DNA from: Scyliorhinus canicula
Taxonomy: Eukaryota
Length of the DNA: 64,000 bases
NCBI RefSeq assembly: GCF_902713615.1
Contig: NC_052163.1
Coordinates: 53,120,878 to 53,184,877 of the forward strand
Direction of reading: 5' to 3'
In this document: positions 37,318 to 51,074 of the stretch, piece by piece
How the letters are laid out: every line of letters starts with the position of its first letter
Position numbering within the stretch: position 1 is the first letter of the stretch
Made by a program: the position numbers and the translations under genes
Notes under the pieces: model-generated
Told to the model about the DNA's origin: nothing
Seen by the model: the letters and a program-made list of their open reading frames with translations, nothing else
The model's database searches: none

Positions 37318-39760
37318 TACATAAATACAGAGAGGACAGGAGCAGGAGGGGGCTTTTTGGCCCTTCGAGCCTGCTCCGCCATTGATCATGATCATGGCTG
37401 ATCATCCAACTCAATAGTCTAATCCTGCTTTCTCCCCATAGCCTTTGATCCCATTCTCCCCAAGTGCTATATCTGGCCGCCTCTTGAATATATTCAAAGT
37501 TATGGCATCAACTACTTCATGTGGTAATGAATTCCACAGACTCACCACTCTGGGTGAAGAAATGTCTCCTTATATCTGTCCGAAATGGTTTACTGTGAAT
37601 CCTCAGACTGTGACCCCTGGTTCTGGACACACCTATCATTGGTAACATCTCCCCTGCACCTACCCTGTCTAGTCCCATTAAAATTTCATAAGTCTCTATG
37701 AGATTCCTCCCTCATTCTTCTGAACTCCAGCGAGAACAATCTCAACCTAGTCAATCTCTCCTCATATGACAGTTCCGCCATCCCTGGAATCAGTCTGCTA
37801 AATCTTCGCTGCACTCCCATGAGAGCAAGAACATCCTTTCTCAGAGAAGGAGACCAAAACTGCACACAATACTCCAGGTGTGGCCTCACCAAGGCCCTGT
37901 ATAATTGCATCAACACATCGAAACCTCTCGCAATGAAGGCCAACATACCATAAGCCTTCTTGACCGCCTGCTGCACCTGCAAGCTTACCTTCAGAAACTG
38001 GAGCACAAGGACACCCCGGTCCCGCTGCACACCACTCCCCTCTCCCAATTTGCAACCATTCAAATAGTAATCCGCCTTTTTGTTTTTGCTTCCAAAGTGA
38101 ATAACTTCACACTTATCCAAATTATACTGCATCTGCATTGATTTGCCCACTCGCCCAACCTGTCCAGATCATGCTGTAGGATCCCTGCATTCTCGTCACA
38201 ATTCACCCTCCCACCTAACTTGGTACCATCTGCAAACTTTGAGATGTTACATTTTGTTCCCTCATCCAAATCATTAATATATATTGTGAATAGCTGGGAT
38301 CCCAGCACCAATCTCTGTGGTACCCCACTAGTTACTGCCTACCAGTGGTACCCCACTAGTTACTGCCTGCCAGTTTGAAAAGGACCCATTCATCCCTTCA
38401 CTTTGTTTCCTCTCTGCCAACCAGTTTTATGTTCACCTCAATACATTTCCCCCAATCCCATGAGCTTTAATTTTGCACAATAATCTCTTATGTGGGACTT
38501 TGTCAAACACCTTCTGAAAGTCCACATCGACTGTCTCCCAATTGTCAACTATACTGGTTACATCTTCAAAGAATTCCAACAGATTTGTCAAGCATGATTT
38601 TCCCTTCATAAATCCATGCTGACGCTGACTGATCCTGCCACTGCTTTCTACATGTTCCGCTATGAAGTCCTTGATAATGGATTCAAGCATTTCCCCCACT
38701 ACCGATGTTAGGCTTACTGGTCTATAATTCCCTACTTTCTCTCTACCTCCCTTTTTGAATATCGGAGTGACATGAGCTACCCTCCAGTCTGCAGGGACAG
38801 TTCCAGAGTCTAAAGAATCCCGGAAGTTGACCACTAATTCCGGAGCCACCTCCTTAAGTACTCGTAAGGATTTATCTGCCTTCAAAGGGCAGCACGGCAG
38901 CACAGTGGTTAGCAGGTTCGATTCCCGACTTGGGTCACTGGCTGTGCGGAACCTACACTTTCTACCCGTGTTTGCACGGGTTTCCTTCGGGTGCTCTGGT
39001 TTCCTCCCACAGTCCAAAGATGTGCAAGTTAGGTGTATTGGGCATCATAAATTGCCCTTGGTGTCCAAAAGGTTACGTGAGGTTACTGGGTTACAGGGAT
39101 AGTGTGGAGGCGTGGGCGTAAGTAGGGTGCTCTTTCCAAGAGCCGGTACAGACTCAATAGGCTGAATGGCCTCCTTCTGCACTGGAAATTCTATGTTCTG
39201 TGGTCCATCCCATCAATTTTCCCAGCACCATTTCTCTACCAATTTTGATCTTCCTCAGTTCTCCCCTCTCACTAAACCTTTCATTGTCCAGCATTTCTGG
39301 TATCTGATTTGTGTCCTCTTTTGTGAAGACAGAACCAAAGTATGTATTCAATTGGTCAGCCATTTCTTTGTCCCTTATTATGCATTCCCCTGTTTCTGTC
39401 TGTAGGGGGCCTATATTTCTCTTTACCAATCTCTTTCTCTTCACATATCTACAGAAACTCTTAGTGTCAATCGTTATGTTCCCTGCAAGCTTCCTTTCAG
39501 ACTGTACTTTCCCCTTCTTAATCAATCCCTTTGTCCTTCTTTGATGAATTCTAAACTGCTCCCAATCCTCAGAGCTATTATTTTTCTTGGCCAAAGTGTA
39601 TGCTTCTTCCTTGGATCAGATACTATTTCTAATTTCCTTTGTAAGCCATGGATTGCTCCTCTTACCCCCTTTGCTTTTTCTGCCAGACGGGAATGAACAG
39701 TTGCTGTAGTTCCCCTCCTTGAATGTTTGCCATTGTCTATCCACTGTCATCCCTTAAATG
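37318..39760 (-). mobile_element. Degenerate CR1 LINE interrupted by an HE1 SINE (38887-39198)
   Basis: ORFs 37686..38150, 38060..38311 (KFADGTK), 38433..39017 (NYRPVSLTS) and 39154..39594. Internal 28-bp tandem duplication at 38317-38372. Confidence 0.93.
38887..39198 (+). mobile_element. HE1-like V-SINE nested in a CR1
   Basis: gggcagcacgg...V core...ggcctccttctgcactggaaattctatgttc. CR1 sequence resumes on both sides. Confidence 0.9.
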
Positions 39761-41436
39761 TAGTGGGAGTGTGGAAAAGTTCCAGCTTGGCCCGCCCGCC
39801 TGCCTTGGGAGAAAGTGCCTGCAAGGGCGTGATTTTCAAAACTACGGGGATAGGGGTGGGGATGTGGAGGTGGGTGGGGGTGGGGGGGGGGGGGGGGCAG
39901 CGGGGGTGGGTTGGAATCAAGTTAGCCAACCCAGGAAAAAGGTCAGAGGCAGCCAAGACAGGCTGTTTAAAAGGTCCGCCTCGGTGGTGTGGGACTTAAC
40001 CCTAGTGAAACTAATACCATAAAGGGTTCTAGCCCTCAATTTTTCATCCCCAATATACTCCCCATGCCGCATGGATACCACTTGTGTACCCCGTCCAACC
40101 CCAATGGCACCTCGGCTGTGCCACTTCTATGCCAATCGGCCCACAGTACACTGTTTAGAACCAATGAACCCTGTTGTGACAATAGGATGTTCAATTAAAA
40201 AAGCTTTTTAAAAAGTCATTTCCACTGTGTTAAAAAGAAACTCCTTTTTACTACAGGGCAATGGAAGTGTCAATCATCCAGTTTCAATAGCTGAAACTGT
40301 AAGCACATGTGGAGGTGTTTTGACCAACCAACCTCCTTGTTGCTAAATTGCCTTTTCAGCCTTGAGTCTGGGAATAAATACAGAATAAAACACAGTTATC
40401 CAACAGAAAGTAAAAAGATTCCAGTGCTACATCTTCAGGTTTTTAGAAGCCTATTCGGGGTGGCTGCTGGAGGTGAAGGCCCACAGCAATTCTGTCATTA
40501 CCATATCATTCATATTATAGCGCCCAGGAAATAGAAGAGAAAATGGGGGCATTCTTACCTTTAGGACAGCATGTTTGTCTGTGCTGGCTTGCAAAATAGA
40601 TTGGTGATCAGCACTCAGGGCCTCTACCAATGCTGCTGTTTAACTGGCCATTAGAACGGACATGCGAGTGGTGCTGAGCGACATGCTGATGTTTGCTTTA
40701 GCACCTCTGCTGGTGGGTGACACCTGTTAACAGGAACCTCACTGCATGTGGAGGGACAGATGGATATTTTCCCTACTGTTCAACAGTACGTTATTCACAG
40801 GAAGGCGATACATTGACGTAAACTGCAACCAGGCATGTTATTATGTAGTTGGTGCCTGGTATACAGCACAAACCTCTCTTTGCCCAACCAATAAAAATAA
40901 GTTGCTTTTTTTCCATGATGAAAGACTGTGTCATTTGAAATGGATTGAGTTTTTTTTCAGTTCAATTTTCAACTCCCAAGCTTCATGTTTGCCAAGCAGC
41001 TCGCCAGCAAATAACTGTTAATATTTGAATGTGAGCCCAAGAAGTCTGTATTTCATTAAATCAAATGCTGGTTCATAAATATCCTGTCAGGTGATAAGAG
41101 CATGATGTGATATATATATAAATGATTATACACTTCAAAAGAACACATGTAGCATTATATATAGTCAGCAATTCAGCTGTTTGTAATGCTAAATCACAAA
41201 CTTCTTAAAAGTCTTGCCTTTTTTTTGTGTGTACATGGGCACTTCTGACTATTCACCAAAAGATGCTATTAAATGGCTTAAAAGGATCGGACTTTCTACG
41301 CCCCATTGTGCTTTGTGAAATTCGTAGCCTCAGAGGCAAAGTTCATCGTTCGTGTCTGCCAAGGAATATATTATTAATCTTTAAATGAGCCTGCAATTTC
41401 TAAATTCGACAATTGATTACTTTCTTTGTCTCACAG

Positions 41437-41512
41437 AGGGAAGACTACTTAAAACACAAGATCAGAAGTAGACCTGAGAAAACAGACCTGGTTAATATGC
41501 ATATCCTACATG
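41437..41512 (+). CDS. MYOCD: Myocardin-family coding exon encoding RPEL2
   Basis: Acceptor tttctttgtctcacAG, donor G|GTAAGT. 76 nt, phase 0 to 1: REDYLKHKIRSRPEKTDLVNMHILH(D). DLVNMHIL is the myocardin-type wording (MRTFs have ELVRMHIL). Confidence 0.94.
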
Positions 41513-43095
41513 GTAAGTACCAATTTTCTGTAACATTATAGGCCTTGTAATAGTCTGCATAATAATATTACTCAAGTATTTTAAATTCCAAATAGCTTAT
41601 GTCCTATGACATTGCCCACAGGTAGTTCTGGCCTCTGGGACATCTTTGCTGATTTAGTCCATTTTAAACCCTGGCTGGATTTTCAAAGCACAGTTGGGAA
41701 CTCGATGCCCCAAATAATTCTGGGGCCCGAATCCCCACCTCAACATTTCATGTTAAAATTAGGCAGTAGGCCTGTCTGGTACTAAAGGGCCCTACCGCTG
41801 CCTTGGCGAAGAAATCGGGCAGTTCCTCAGCGAACCAGCAACATAAAGGCTGCTGAGACAGAGTGTGAGCAGGAAAAAAATAGGATTATATGTACAATCT
41901 GGCACCGAATACTTGAGGGCCCAATAATTTTAAATATAATTTTTAATAACCCCTCCATTTGCTCCAGTGAAGCTCACGGGTGTGCACAAATGTGCACCAA
42001 ACTGCTCTGGTCTGTCAAAATCTCCACTGAAAACTGTAGTCCGGATCTTCCCAGCCTGCTAACTGGGTCCTAAAGAAATTTAATGGGCCATTAATTGGAG
42101 GCGAGCAGGTTCCTCCATTACATCCACCCCTGCCCTCGCTTTGAAAATTGGATTGTCCTGGAGGTGTTAGGATGCCCTAAGTTGTGCCTGCACCACGTCC
42201 TGCTCCCACCAACAACTAAAAATTTGGCCTCATTTTTCATATATACTCCTTGTGAAATTCCAGAGGATCGTGTAAATTGTGAAAGTCAGTAAATTGCCAG
42301 TAAAAGTAAGACAGAAGAACCCATGACGAGATGCATTGTTTGCTTTTGACTTTTTAATTTTATTTAAATCTATTACAATGCATTCATTGTGACAGACATG
42401 CCCTGGAGGCAATGCTTTGTATGTAGAAATTTCTTTTGCAAATGCCTGATGTTTCCAGAACAATATTTTGCTTAACTTCAGAAAAAGTTTAATTAATATG
42501 GCAGCAGTAAGTTTACCATTTTGTTTGTGATTTGCTCCTTGTTTTGTTTCCCCCGACAGTGCAATGTTAACTGAATTGTCTTGCAGTCCAAGAAATGAAA
42601 ATTACCCAAAGAGTAGGTGTCTCTCCCCTTAACCCTCTGAACTCCAGTTGGATTGGCTGGGCGTTGACATTAAGTCGGGTTGTCAACTCTGGTTAGATGG
42701 ATAAATTCTTGAGGTCGACCCGCTGCCTACAACAGGTGGGGGAGAGGCCCTGGTGATGTTTATCCGGTGTTGCTCACATGGATGCCTGGGATGTTAGTCT
42801 TTAATTCCCGGAGACTTGACAACAATCCAGGGTTTTCATCCCGTATGCAGAACTGTCAGTAGACTGGATAAGAGTGGCTGAGGAAGGGAATCAACTTAAT
42901 ATTTTTATATATGGGTTAACTTAAATCGTAGGTGATAATATATTCAGATACAAGGAAACTTTAGATTAAAGGCATAATACTGTGAATCCTGGTAATCTGA
43001 AAAAACCCCAGAAAATGCGGCAAACTCAGCAGGTCTGGCAGCATCCTTGGAGAGAGAGAAACAGAGTTAACATTTTAAGTCCATGTGACTCTTCC

Positions 43096-43402
43096 ATAGA
43101 ATCCTTACAGTGCAAAAGGAGGCCATTCAGCCCTTCAAATCTGCACAGACCCTCCAAAACAAAATCATATCTATGCCCTATCCCCGTAAACCCGTAACCC
43201 CATCTAACCTTTGGGGCGATTTAGCATGGCCAATCCACCTAACCTCACATCTTTGGACAGTGGGAGGAAACCGTAGCACCCGGAGGAAACCCATGCAGTC
43301 AGTGGGAGAAGGTGCAAACTCCACACAGACAGGAATGGAGTCGGAATTGTACCCGGGTCCCTGGAGCTGTGAGGCGGCAGTGCTAACCACTGTGCCACCA
43401 TA
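43096..43402 (-). mobile_element. HE1-like V-SINE (older)
   Basis: Reverse complement of the head, core and tail. Ends about 135 bp upstream of the RPEL3 exon. Confidence 0.85.
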
Positions 43403-43538
43403 CCAACTCTCCGACAGAGCTTTAGAATAATTATTTGCATGAAAGTTTCCTAAAGGCAGCATAGCGTTTTTTTTTTTTCAGATGCTAATTACTAAGTCAG
43501 ATGCTAATTACTAAGTTTGTTTTTTTTTGGTCCAAAAG

Positions 43539-43700
43539 ATACAGCTGCAGAGGGCACACTTCAAGCAACTCAAATGAAGCTCAAGAGGGCAAGGTTGGCT
43601 GATGACCTCAATGAGAAGATAGCCCAAAGACCTGGACCTTTGGAGCTTGTGAAGAAGAATATAATCCCAGTAGATTCAGCTGTAAAAGAGGCAATCAACG
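43539..43700 (+). CDS. MYOCD: Myocardin-family coding exon encoding the basic B2 NLS segment and RPEL3
   Basis: T-rich tract then ccaaaAG, donor G|GTATTT. 162 nt, phase 1 to 1: (D)TAAEGTLQATQMKLKRARLADDLNEKIAQRPGPLELVKKNIIPVDSAVKEAIN. Seen in ORF 43517..43729. GPLELV and PVDSAVKEAI are myocardin-like. Confidence 0.96.
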
Positions 43701-45016
43701 GTATTTACAAAGTTCGCCTTTGTCCCTGATTTGGGATTTGTACTGACCTATGATTTGAATACATTGGCGCCTTCTAAATTCCGTACCACTCATACTAAAG
43801 TAAACAGATTAGTTTACTACTCCCTGTAGAAATACAATAAGAATTCATAATTTTGCAACAGAACTCTGAGATTTTGATCTTTTATTTTCACCTGCATTGT
43901 CAGCAAGTCAGCGATGAAGAAGGAAGTTGAGAGGGCTGCTGCTTATACTAATGCTTTATTTCACCTATTGGCTGAGAGTTACATAACCCGTTCAGTGCCT
44001 CCATTTTCCAGCTGTCATAGGCACCTGATATTTCCCTAAAGATTTGCATACTCTTTTTTTTTGTAGAATATATGATGAAAATGTAGTCGACAAGGTTTTC
44101 TTTAAAAAAAAACAGATGATTTCCCGAACTAAACCAATTTTTATTTTCCTATCAGCCATGTGGTAGCACAATTTGTACCATTAGCTTTAGCCTTTGTCAT
44201 GCTTATAAAAATTCACACAAATATATTTCCCTGGAACCCCTGCAATTTGCAACTTGTAATGTATGAAAGACGCCATTTGATAATTTTGCTCATTCCTGAT
44301 ATAAGATTCATCCCATAATGGAAATATCACTTAACCCACATGTGTTTTGCTGTCATTAATCTAGTGTATTCAGGAATTATATATCAATTGAGTCACATTT
44401 ACGGTGTATTGTGTGAGTGTAATTTGGCAAAAATTGTTTTTTCCACTCTCTTATAATAAATTTGGCAATCCGCTCCAACAGTTTGCCTATGCATGGAACC
44501 TTGGAGCTAGATATTTGTACTATCTGCACCTCTAAAAAAAAATACTATTTGTGACTGAAATATCTTCTGTGATTTCATATTTCATGTCAACTAAGATCTG
44601 GCAAATACTCAGATATGCAAGCCACAGAATAGTTGGAGGACTTGTCAGAGACCCCTGATGGCGACGTGATAAATGTACCAATTGTTGTTGAGACAAAGTC
44701 AAGGATGGTTCTGGATTTGGTCTCTAGACTAAAACGAGTGAGTCAGTGTCAGCCAGGGGAGCAAGGAGGGCACTGTGGTTCATGTCAGTGTCCCAGGGGA
44801 GAAGGGGGCAAAATCAGAGTTGCCGCTACTGATTGATATCATGTGACGTCTGCTCTCTTTCTGTTTGGGTGTTCAGTGAGGTTATGATTGTTTCTCAACT
44901 GTGATGGTTCCCACAATGAAATAGTCTTAACAGCACTTAAATACAAGGATTAAAGACCACTTTGAGCGAGTGTGAGTGGGATCAGGCCATGGCAAGAGTT
45001 AGCACCCTCAGGAGAG

Positions 45017-45199
45017 TAATAATAATAACAATAACCGCTTATTGTCAAGAGTAGGCTTCAGTGAAGTTACTGTGAAAAGCCCCTAGTCGCCACATTCCGG
45101 CGCCTGTTCGGGGGGGCTGGTACGGGAATCGAACCCGCGCTGCTGGCGTTGTTCTGTATTACAATCCAGCGATTTAGCCCACTGTGCTAAACCAGCCCC
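45017..45199 (-). mobile_element. Short tRNA-derived SINE
   Basis: Reverse complement of the family consensus with a (TAT)n tail. Confidence 0.9.
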
Positions 45200-45516
45200 A
45201 GTTGGGAAGACTTGGCACATTCAGGGGAGGAGTAGAGAACCCATGGCTTGAGGCGAGCAGAGAAGAGTTAACCCTTTCATGAGAGGAATGATGAAGAAAG
45301 AAACCGCCTCATTCACTGGAATCATGAGTCCAGCAAAACCCTGAAATGTACCTTAAGGCAGTTTTGTGGAGAAAATACACATTTCACTCCCTCATTGATT
45401 AGTTTCTTCCATTTCTGATGGAGAACTTTTGTAACTTCATCAGTTATGGACTCTGGTCACCAAGACAGAAGACAAAACGTTGAGCCATAAGATTTATAGC
45501 TAGCATGTGAGGATTA

Positions 45517-45687
45517 GGGGCTGGTTTAGCTCACTGGGCTAAATCGCTGGCTTTTCAAGCAGGCCAGCAGCACGGTTCGATTCCCGTACCAGCCTCCCCG
45601 GACAGGCCCCTGAATGTGGCGACTAGGGGCTTTTCACAGTAACTTAATTGAAGCCTACTCGTGACAATAAGCGATTTTCATTTCATT
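45517..45687 (+). mobile_element. Short tRNA-derived SINE
   Basis: Family head, body and tail with a small internal deletion. Confidence 0.9.
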
Positions 45688-47929
45688 GAGCTCTGAGAAC
45701 AAACTGAAAAGGTGATGGTTTAAGGAGTGATTTGTAGGCAAATGTAAAATAGTAACTGGAAAATGCAGAGCCAGTAAATTATTTCATAATAAGTTGCAAG
45801 AGTGAGTCGTGGGCGCAATCTGTTAAAAGGCAAATGTAGGATTGATGTCGGGGAGGTCATGCCTTAAGAGTGGTAAGAGATTGGGGCTGGATATTAAGTT
45901 GCATATAGGTAAGGCACAGAGTGGCCAAGGAGACGGGTGGGAGGAGAGGTTAAGAGACCTGGTGGAATGGTTTTCCACACAGGTCCAGCCTAATTTAGTG
46001 GCAGGACCTAATTATCATTTGTTTTTTTAATGTCTGTTTTCTGACTGCATCCAGCAAGATTGAGAGGCTAGTTGTTGGGCAGAGAGGCCTTCAACATCAA
46101 GCCAGAGTAGGGGAATAGAGAGGAGGGAGAGAGGGATTGGAAGAGAGTTGGAGATCAGAGACTAGAGGCGAGATTTGGTCAGAATTGAGGAGCGATCGGA
46201 GGTTTGATGGTTGAGATGAGAAAAGTCAAGGAAGGATTAGAAAGGTCAAGCGATCACAGTTGGTTAAGCAGGTAAACTGGGTCCAGCATGGGGAAAGGCA
46301 GTCATCGTCAGTACTCGACATTTCTCCCCTCCCTTTTAGCTGCTGGGTTTCCTGAGACCCGGGAAACTCAGTCGGCGGGTGTTAAATTCACAGTAGTGGG
46401 TTAAATATGGGATAATCAGCATCGTTATAATATTTAAATTACCAACTTTTCTCCAGCGAGCCACATCAAGAAACCGGAAGTAGCGGGTTAAAGGCAGAGG
46501 GGGGTCGAGATTTAGATTTTTAATGTTTTAACTGCCCGAGGACAGAGATTCTCCCCGTCGTAGTAGTTGTATGATTTGACACTGCTGTGGCGTGCTCTTA
46601 TTCTTCATCAAGGACCACGTGTAGTGCTTTGCCTTATTCTTATTATCGCGAGTTTGCATTCTCAAGTTGGTTGCGTCTCATGTTCTGTTTCTTCCATATG
46701 CTTGGGGCAAAGAGGCTTAGTCTGGGGATGTTATTGTGTTAAGTGATGTTCTAAACTTATCCCAGATACATTCTGGAACAGGATTCGAAGCACGAATGGC
46801 AATTCAAACAGTTTACATTTGTGCAGTGTCAAATTCTCTGCCTGGGGATTTTCCCTACTGTCAGGGAAAGATCTGTCAAGACAGAATTGTCTTGCTGGCA
46901 TGTGTAGCTTACCCATGCTATTAGACACCTGCTGCCAGTAGAAAATTGCAGGCTCCTTGCCCCCAATGGGTTATTTGATTTTGCCATCAGCAGTTTGAGA
47001 TGAAGAGACCTCTTGAGGTGGTTTTCTGTTCCAGCAAAAGGACTGATCTGTATTACAGCAATACTTGGGCAGGTCTGCAGTGTAAATCCAACTTTAATTT
47101 TCAATCACGTATCATTCAATTATCATACAGAAGAGGAGGTTTTTGGTGATCCATTGAAACCTTCCACACAGCAGGTGCTTTCTCAGAAGATCCTGCCCGA
47201 GTAGCCCGCGTTTGTCTATCCATTGAGCTGAAGGGACTAAAGATTTCTGACAGTGAATCCCAATGCAACACACAGAAAATATGCTGTCCCAACAGCAGTT
47301 TGGAAAATCCCCCATTGAGTCTCTTTGTTCATCTGTTTTGAAGTAAATTGGTCTGTGGGGTCGCTGATAATGTGGTGTTAACTTGTGGTTTCCCTGTTGT
47401 ATATTTTTACGTGGGATTTTCCCCTGGTTACAATTCATGTTTGATTGTGATGGTCAGATGATTTCCTTTCCGTTTTCTTCAGGCTCGTGAGTCAGTGCTC
47501 TGTTTGACACATTGTATGCATTTTATATAATTGGCTTTTGAAGCATTATTTGTATCTTTCACTCCAGCTAATGCATTTCAATTAAATACTCTGTAGCAGA
47601 ATGAAGTTTAGCTGCTATGCATACTGGATTCCTTACTCCTTAAGTTCCATGTTCTTTAAAAGTTTAAAAAGTACAGATCTTATTGGTTAGTTTTGTGTCG
47701 GCTGTTTCCCATATTTTGCCATTGGGTTAAGTGATTCATGTGTTAAGCAAAAGTAGTTTTCGGTTCACTTCGGTGTCATGTATCAGTGGTATTCTCATGT
47801 GCAGATTGTTAATTTTCTAGAAGTCATCAAAATGGTCTTGTTTGAAGCCTGCATAATATATATATATCTTACACGAGTGTCATTCAGAAACCATTGCAGA
47901 AGACCCATTGTTAAAGCATCAACTTTTTC

Positions 47930-48470
47930 ACAGAATCACAGAATTGTGAGAGCACAGGAGACCATTTGGCCCATCATGTTTGCAAATGCTTTCCAAACAA
48001 GCGTTAGAACTTAGTGCCATTCCTCTGCCTTTTCTCCGTACCCCTGCACATTGTTTCTAATCAAGTCATCATATAATGCCTTCTTGAATGTCTCAATTGA
48101 AGCTGTCTCCATCACACTTCAGGCAGTGCATGCCAGACTCGAACCACTCTCTGTGTGAAAAAGTTTTTTTCTTACATCACATTTGCTTCTTTTGCAAATC
48201 ACTTTAAACCTGTGCTCTCTGGTTCGTGATCCTTTTACGAGTGGGAACAGTTTCTCCCATGAACACTGTCCAGCCCACTCATGATTTTGAACATCTCGAT
48301 CAATCGCTTCTTAAATTTCTTCTCTCCAAGGAGAACAGTCCGAACCTCCCCGATCTATCCTCATAACTGAAGCTTCTCGTCCCCGGAACCATTCTTCTAG
48401 ACTCCAATGCATTCAAATCCTTCCTTCCATGTGGCGTCCAGAACTGCAAACAGTACTCCGGCTGAAGTCT
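47930..48470 (-). mobile_element. Old CR1 3' fragment
   Basis: CR1-type 3' tail (cacagaatcacagaattg...ggcccatcatg) and RT C-terminal remnants (agaactgcaaacagtactcc, the reverse of EYCxQFW). Confidence 0.75.
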
Positions 48471-51074
48471 GATAGTCTCTTTAGTGTGGCTGTCAATGAA
48501 TGCACCATTTCATGTGCACTACGATAGCCTTTGATGGAGAATCGGGAAATTCCGCCTGTGAAGGGCGTTTAAGGGGTGATTCTATGATTCGACGCTCCCA
48601 GCAGGAAGACTGTAATGGTATAATCCCTAATTATCTGATCTGTCCTCACAGTGCAACTCACTAGTGGGGAACAGAATCAGCCTTTCCCCGTGACCATCAC
48701 ATGCCTATTCTTGACCCACTTACATTATTACACCTGTGGAATGGTGCAGTCTTTTTAAACTACATCCATGGTGTATGAAGGCTGATATTTGGATGGTGGT
48801 CATAAAAATGTTTTTATAGATGTCATGGACATAAACATGTATTTAATATGCAATCTTCAAAGGTGACCATTTTGATTAATTTATTGAGGAAATCAAGTAT
48901 CAGTGACACATAGCATTAAAGAGAATAAAAATGTCTACTTGTAGCCTTTTGAGAAATAGAATTGATGATGAACTTTGTTTTTGAGTGATTTCTTCAAGTT
49001 TTTCTTTATTTAAATGATGGAGAGTGACAGTAGGATATGAAAATACCTCTTCAAAATATTAGTTGCATTGCCGGTCAGTGTGTCACAGTACATGGAGTAA
49101 TGAACCCATTTGTATTCCACAGCCTTTGCGCAGTACACTTGAAGTGTGATTAGAATGAATCACAAGGAAACGGACTTGATTGGCTTAGTCCTTGAGCCAA
49201 AATGAAAAAGACAAACAATATGGGCAGTTTTAACCGCAACTAATGCCCATACCATTACCAAGTTTATAAGAAATGATGTTTGAATTGAACGTTAATTTGA
49301 GGTAGTTGTGGCACTGGCTGTCTGCTGACATCTACTGCATAGCTGAAGGGTGAATCAGAAGCTGTTTATACCCAAGTCCTTGTCAGCACCTTCAGCACAG
49401 AGCCTAGGGGGATGAAGTCCAGCGCAGAGGCTGAATCCATTATGTTTAGAGATTACAACAGACGGGCTCCTGAAACGAAGTAGGTTCATGCACTGGCTCA
49501 GCTGAAGATAGGCAAAGAGCATGGCACCCATCACTTTCACATCATATAGATGATTGTTTCTGGACAAAACAGTGATAGACAATTGAGACATTTTCAATCC
49601 CATTTTGTTTATCAGATGATAGATAGTAAGGCATTTAGTAAGATATTCAAACTTATTTATTTAACTTTGGTTCCTCATTTACTAAGCCACAGATTAATAG
49701 AGGATTTTTGAATGTGTTTGTAATATTTTAAAGATGGGATATTAGGATTGAGTTATGAAATAGTAAACAATCTTTGTCAGTGCCTTATTGTTGACTGATA
49801 TAAAGAGTTTTTCAAGTCCAACTTACTTTTCAAAGTTACAGATAATCCTGAACCTCTCCTTGTGACTCAGTAAGTTAAATTTTGGGCTATTAGTAGCTCT
49901 TACAGGTAGATGAAGGTTTCAAGTAATGTGCGACAAATTAGCCGATTACAGGGTTTATTTGACTGCTCTAGGTGGCAAAGTGGAGTTGAGACAGAACCAG
50001 ACCAGCCATGATCTTATTGAATGACATAGCAAGCTCAAATGGCCGAATGGCTTCCTTGTGCTCCTATTATTCCTTTGTTCTTCAAAGAAGGGAAGATTGC
50101 CCTTCATGAATTCTAAAGCAATGATCCCTGCTGAAATGTGATTTGTGTGCACATTGAACAAAGACAGCCTGACCTTGGATGTAATCCTTCCCAAGGTTAT
50201 ATAGCTCACCAAGATTCACTGCCTAAAATTGAGAGAGGCTCCCATAATTCATTCAAAAGCATCAAATTTTATTCAACAGGAATTTGGACAAGGAGACAGA
50301 GCCTCCACACACATACCTCCATTCTGATACAGTTGGCCCCAGGATGTTTTACAACGTTTAATCTCATTACAAATATGAGGGTTAAAGTTGGTCAAAGTAT
50401 CAGAATAGGAAAACGGGAAGGTTGATGTTAAAAATGGAGATATTTGCGGGGATAAAGCAAATTCCTCCTACAAAGAGTTGTTTATTCAAATCCATGAATT
50501 GGCTGCTATAATATTATTGGAGGAGTCTGGGGGCGGGTCTCACAGTTTTCTTACAGATAACAGCGTTGACCTTTTGCTTCTTAAAAGTATGCCTGCATGC
50601 CTCTCAATGTCAGTGTGCGTATTGAGAGCACTCTGTTTTACATTATCAGTCCATCAATAATGCAGTCTGATATTCTTTGTAGCATGCAATGCAACAGTGT
50701 ATATAAATCATGTGATAGGACATCTTTAGGTGAGAGTGACAGTGACAAACCGAAGGCACACATGTCTACACATTCGCCTGGTCAAGCCTTGTGGAGTATC
50801 TGCTGTGCTGTTTGCTTTGTATCATTGGAGTTCAGGGATTTGCAGAGTTACAGGCACATTGGGATAACGGACTTTTGTTATTTAAAGACTAGTGGATTCA
50901 CCTTGTTTGGGGGATTGTGCGGTGAGCTTCAAATAATATAGTTCCTGGAGAAGGCAAAATCCTGCATTGTTCCACGGCGTCTCATGCCAGGGAATGAGTG
51001 ACGAGCTACATCTGCAGCAGTCTGAACTTTACTTCTAAAGCTTATTTTTAAAAATCATGAACATTATACTCATT

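Noticed and set aside
38317-38372. 28-bp tandem duplication
   Set aside because: It lies inside a dead CR1 and is ordinary post-insertion slippage.
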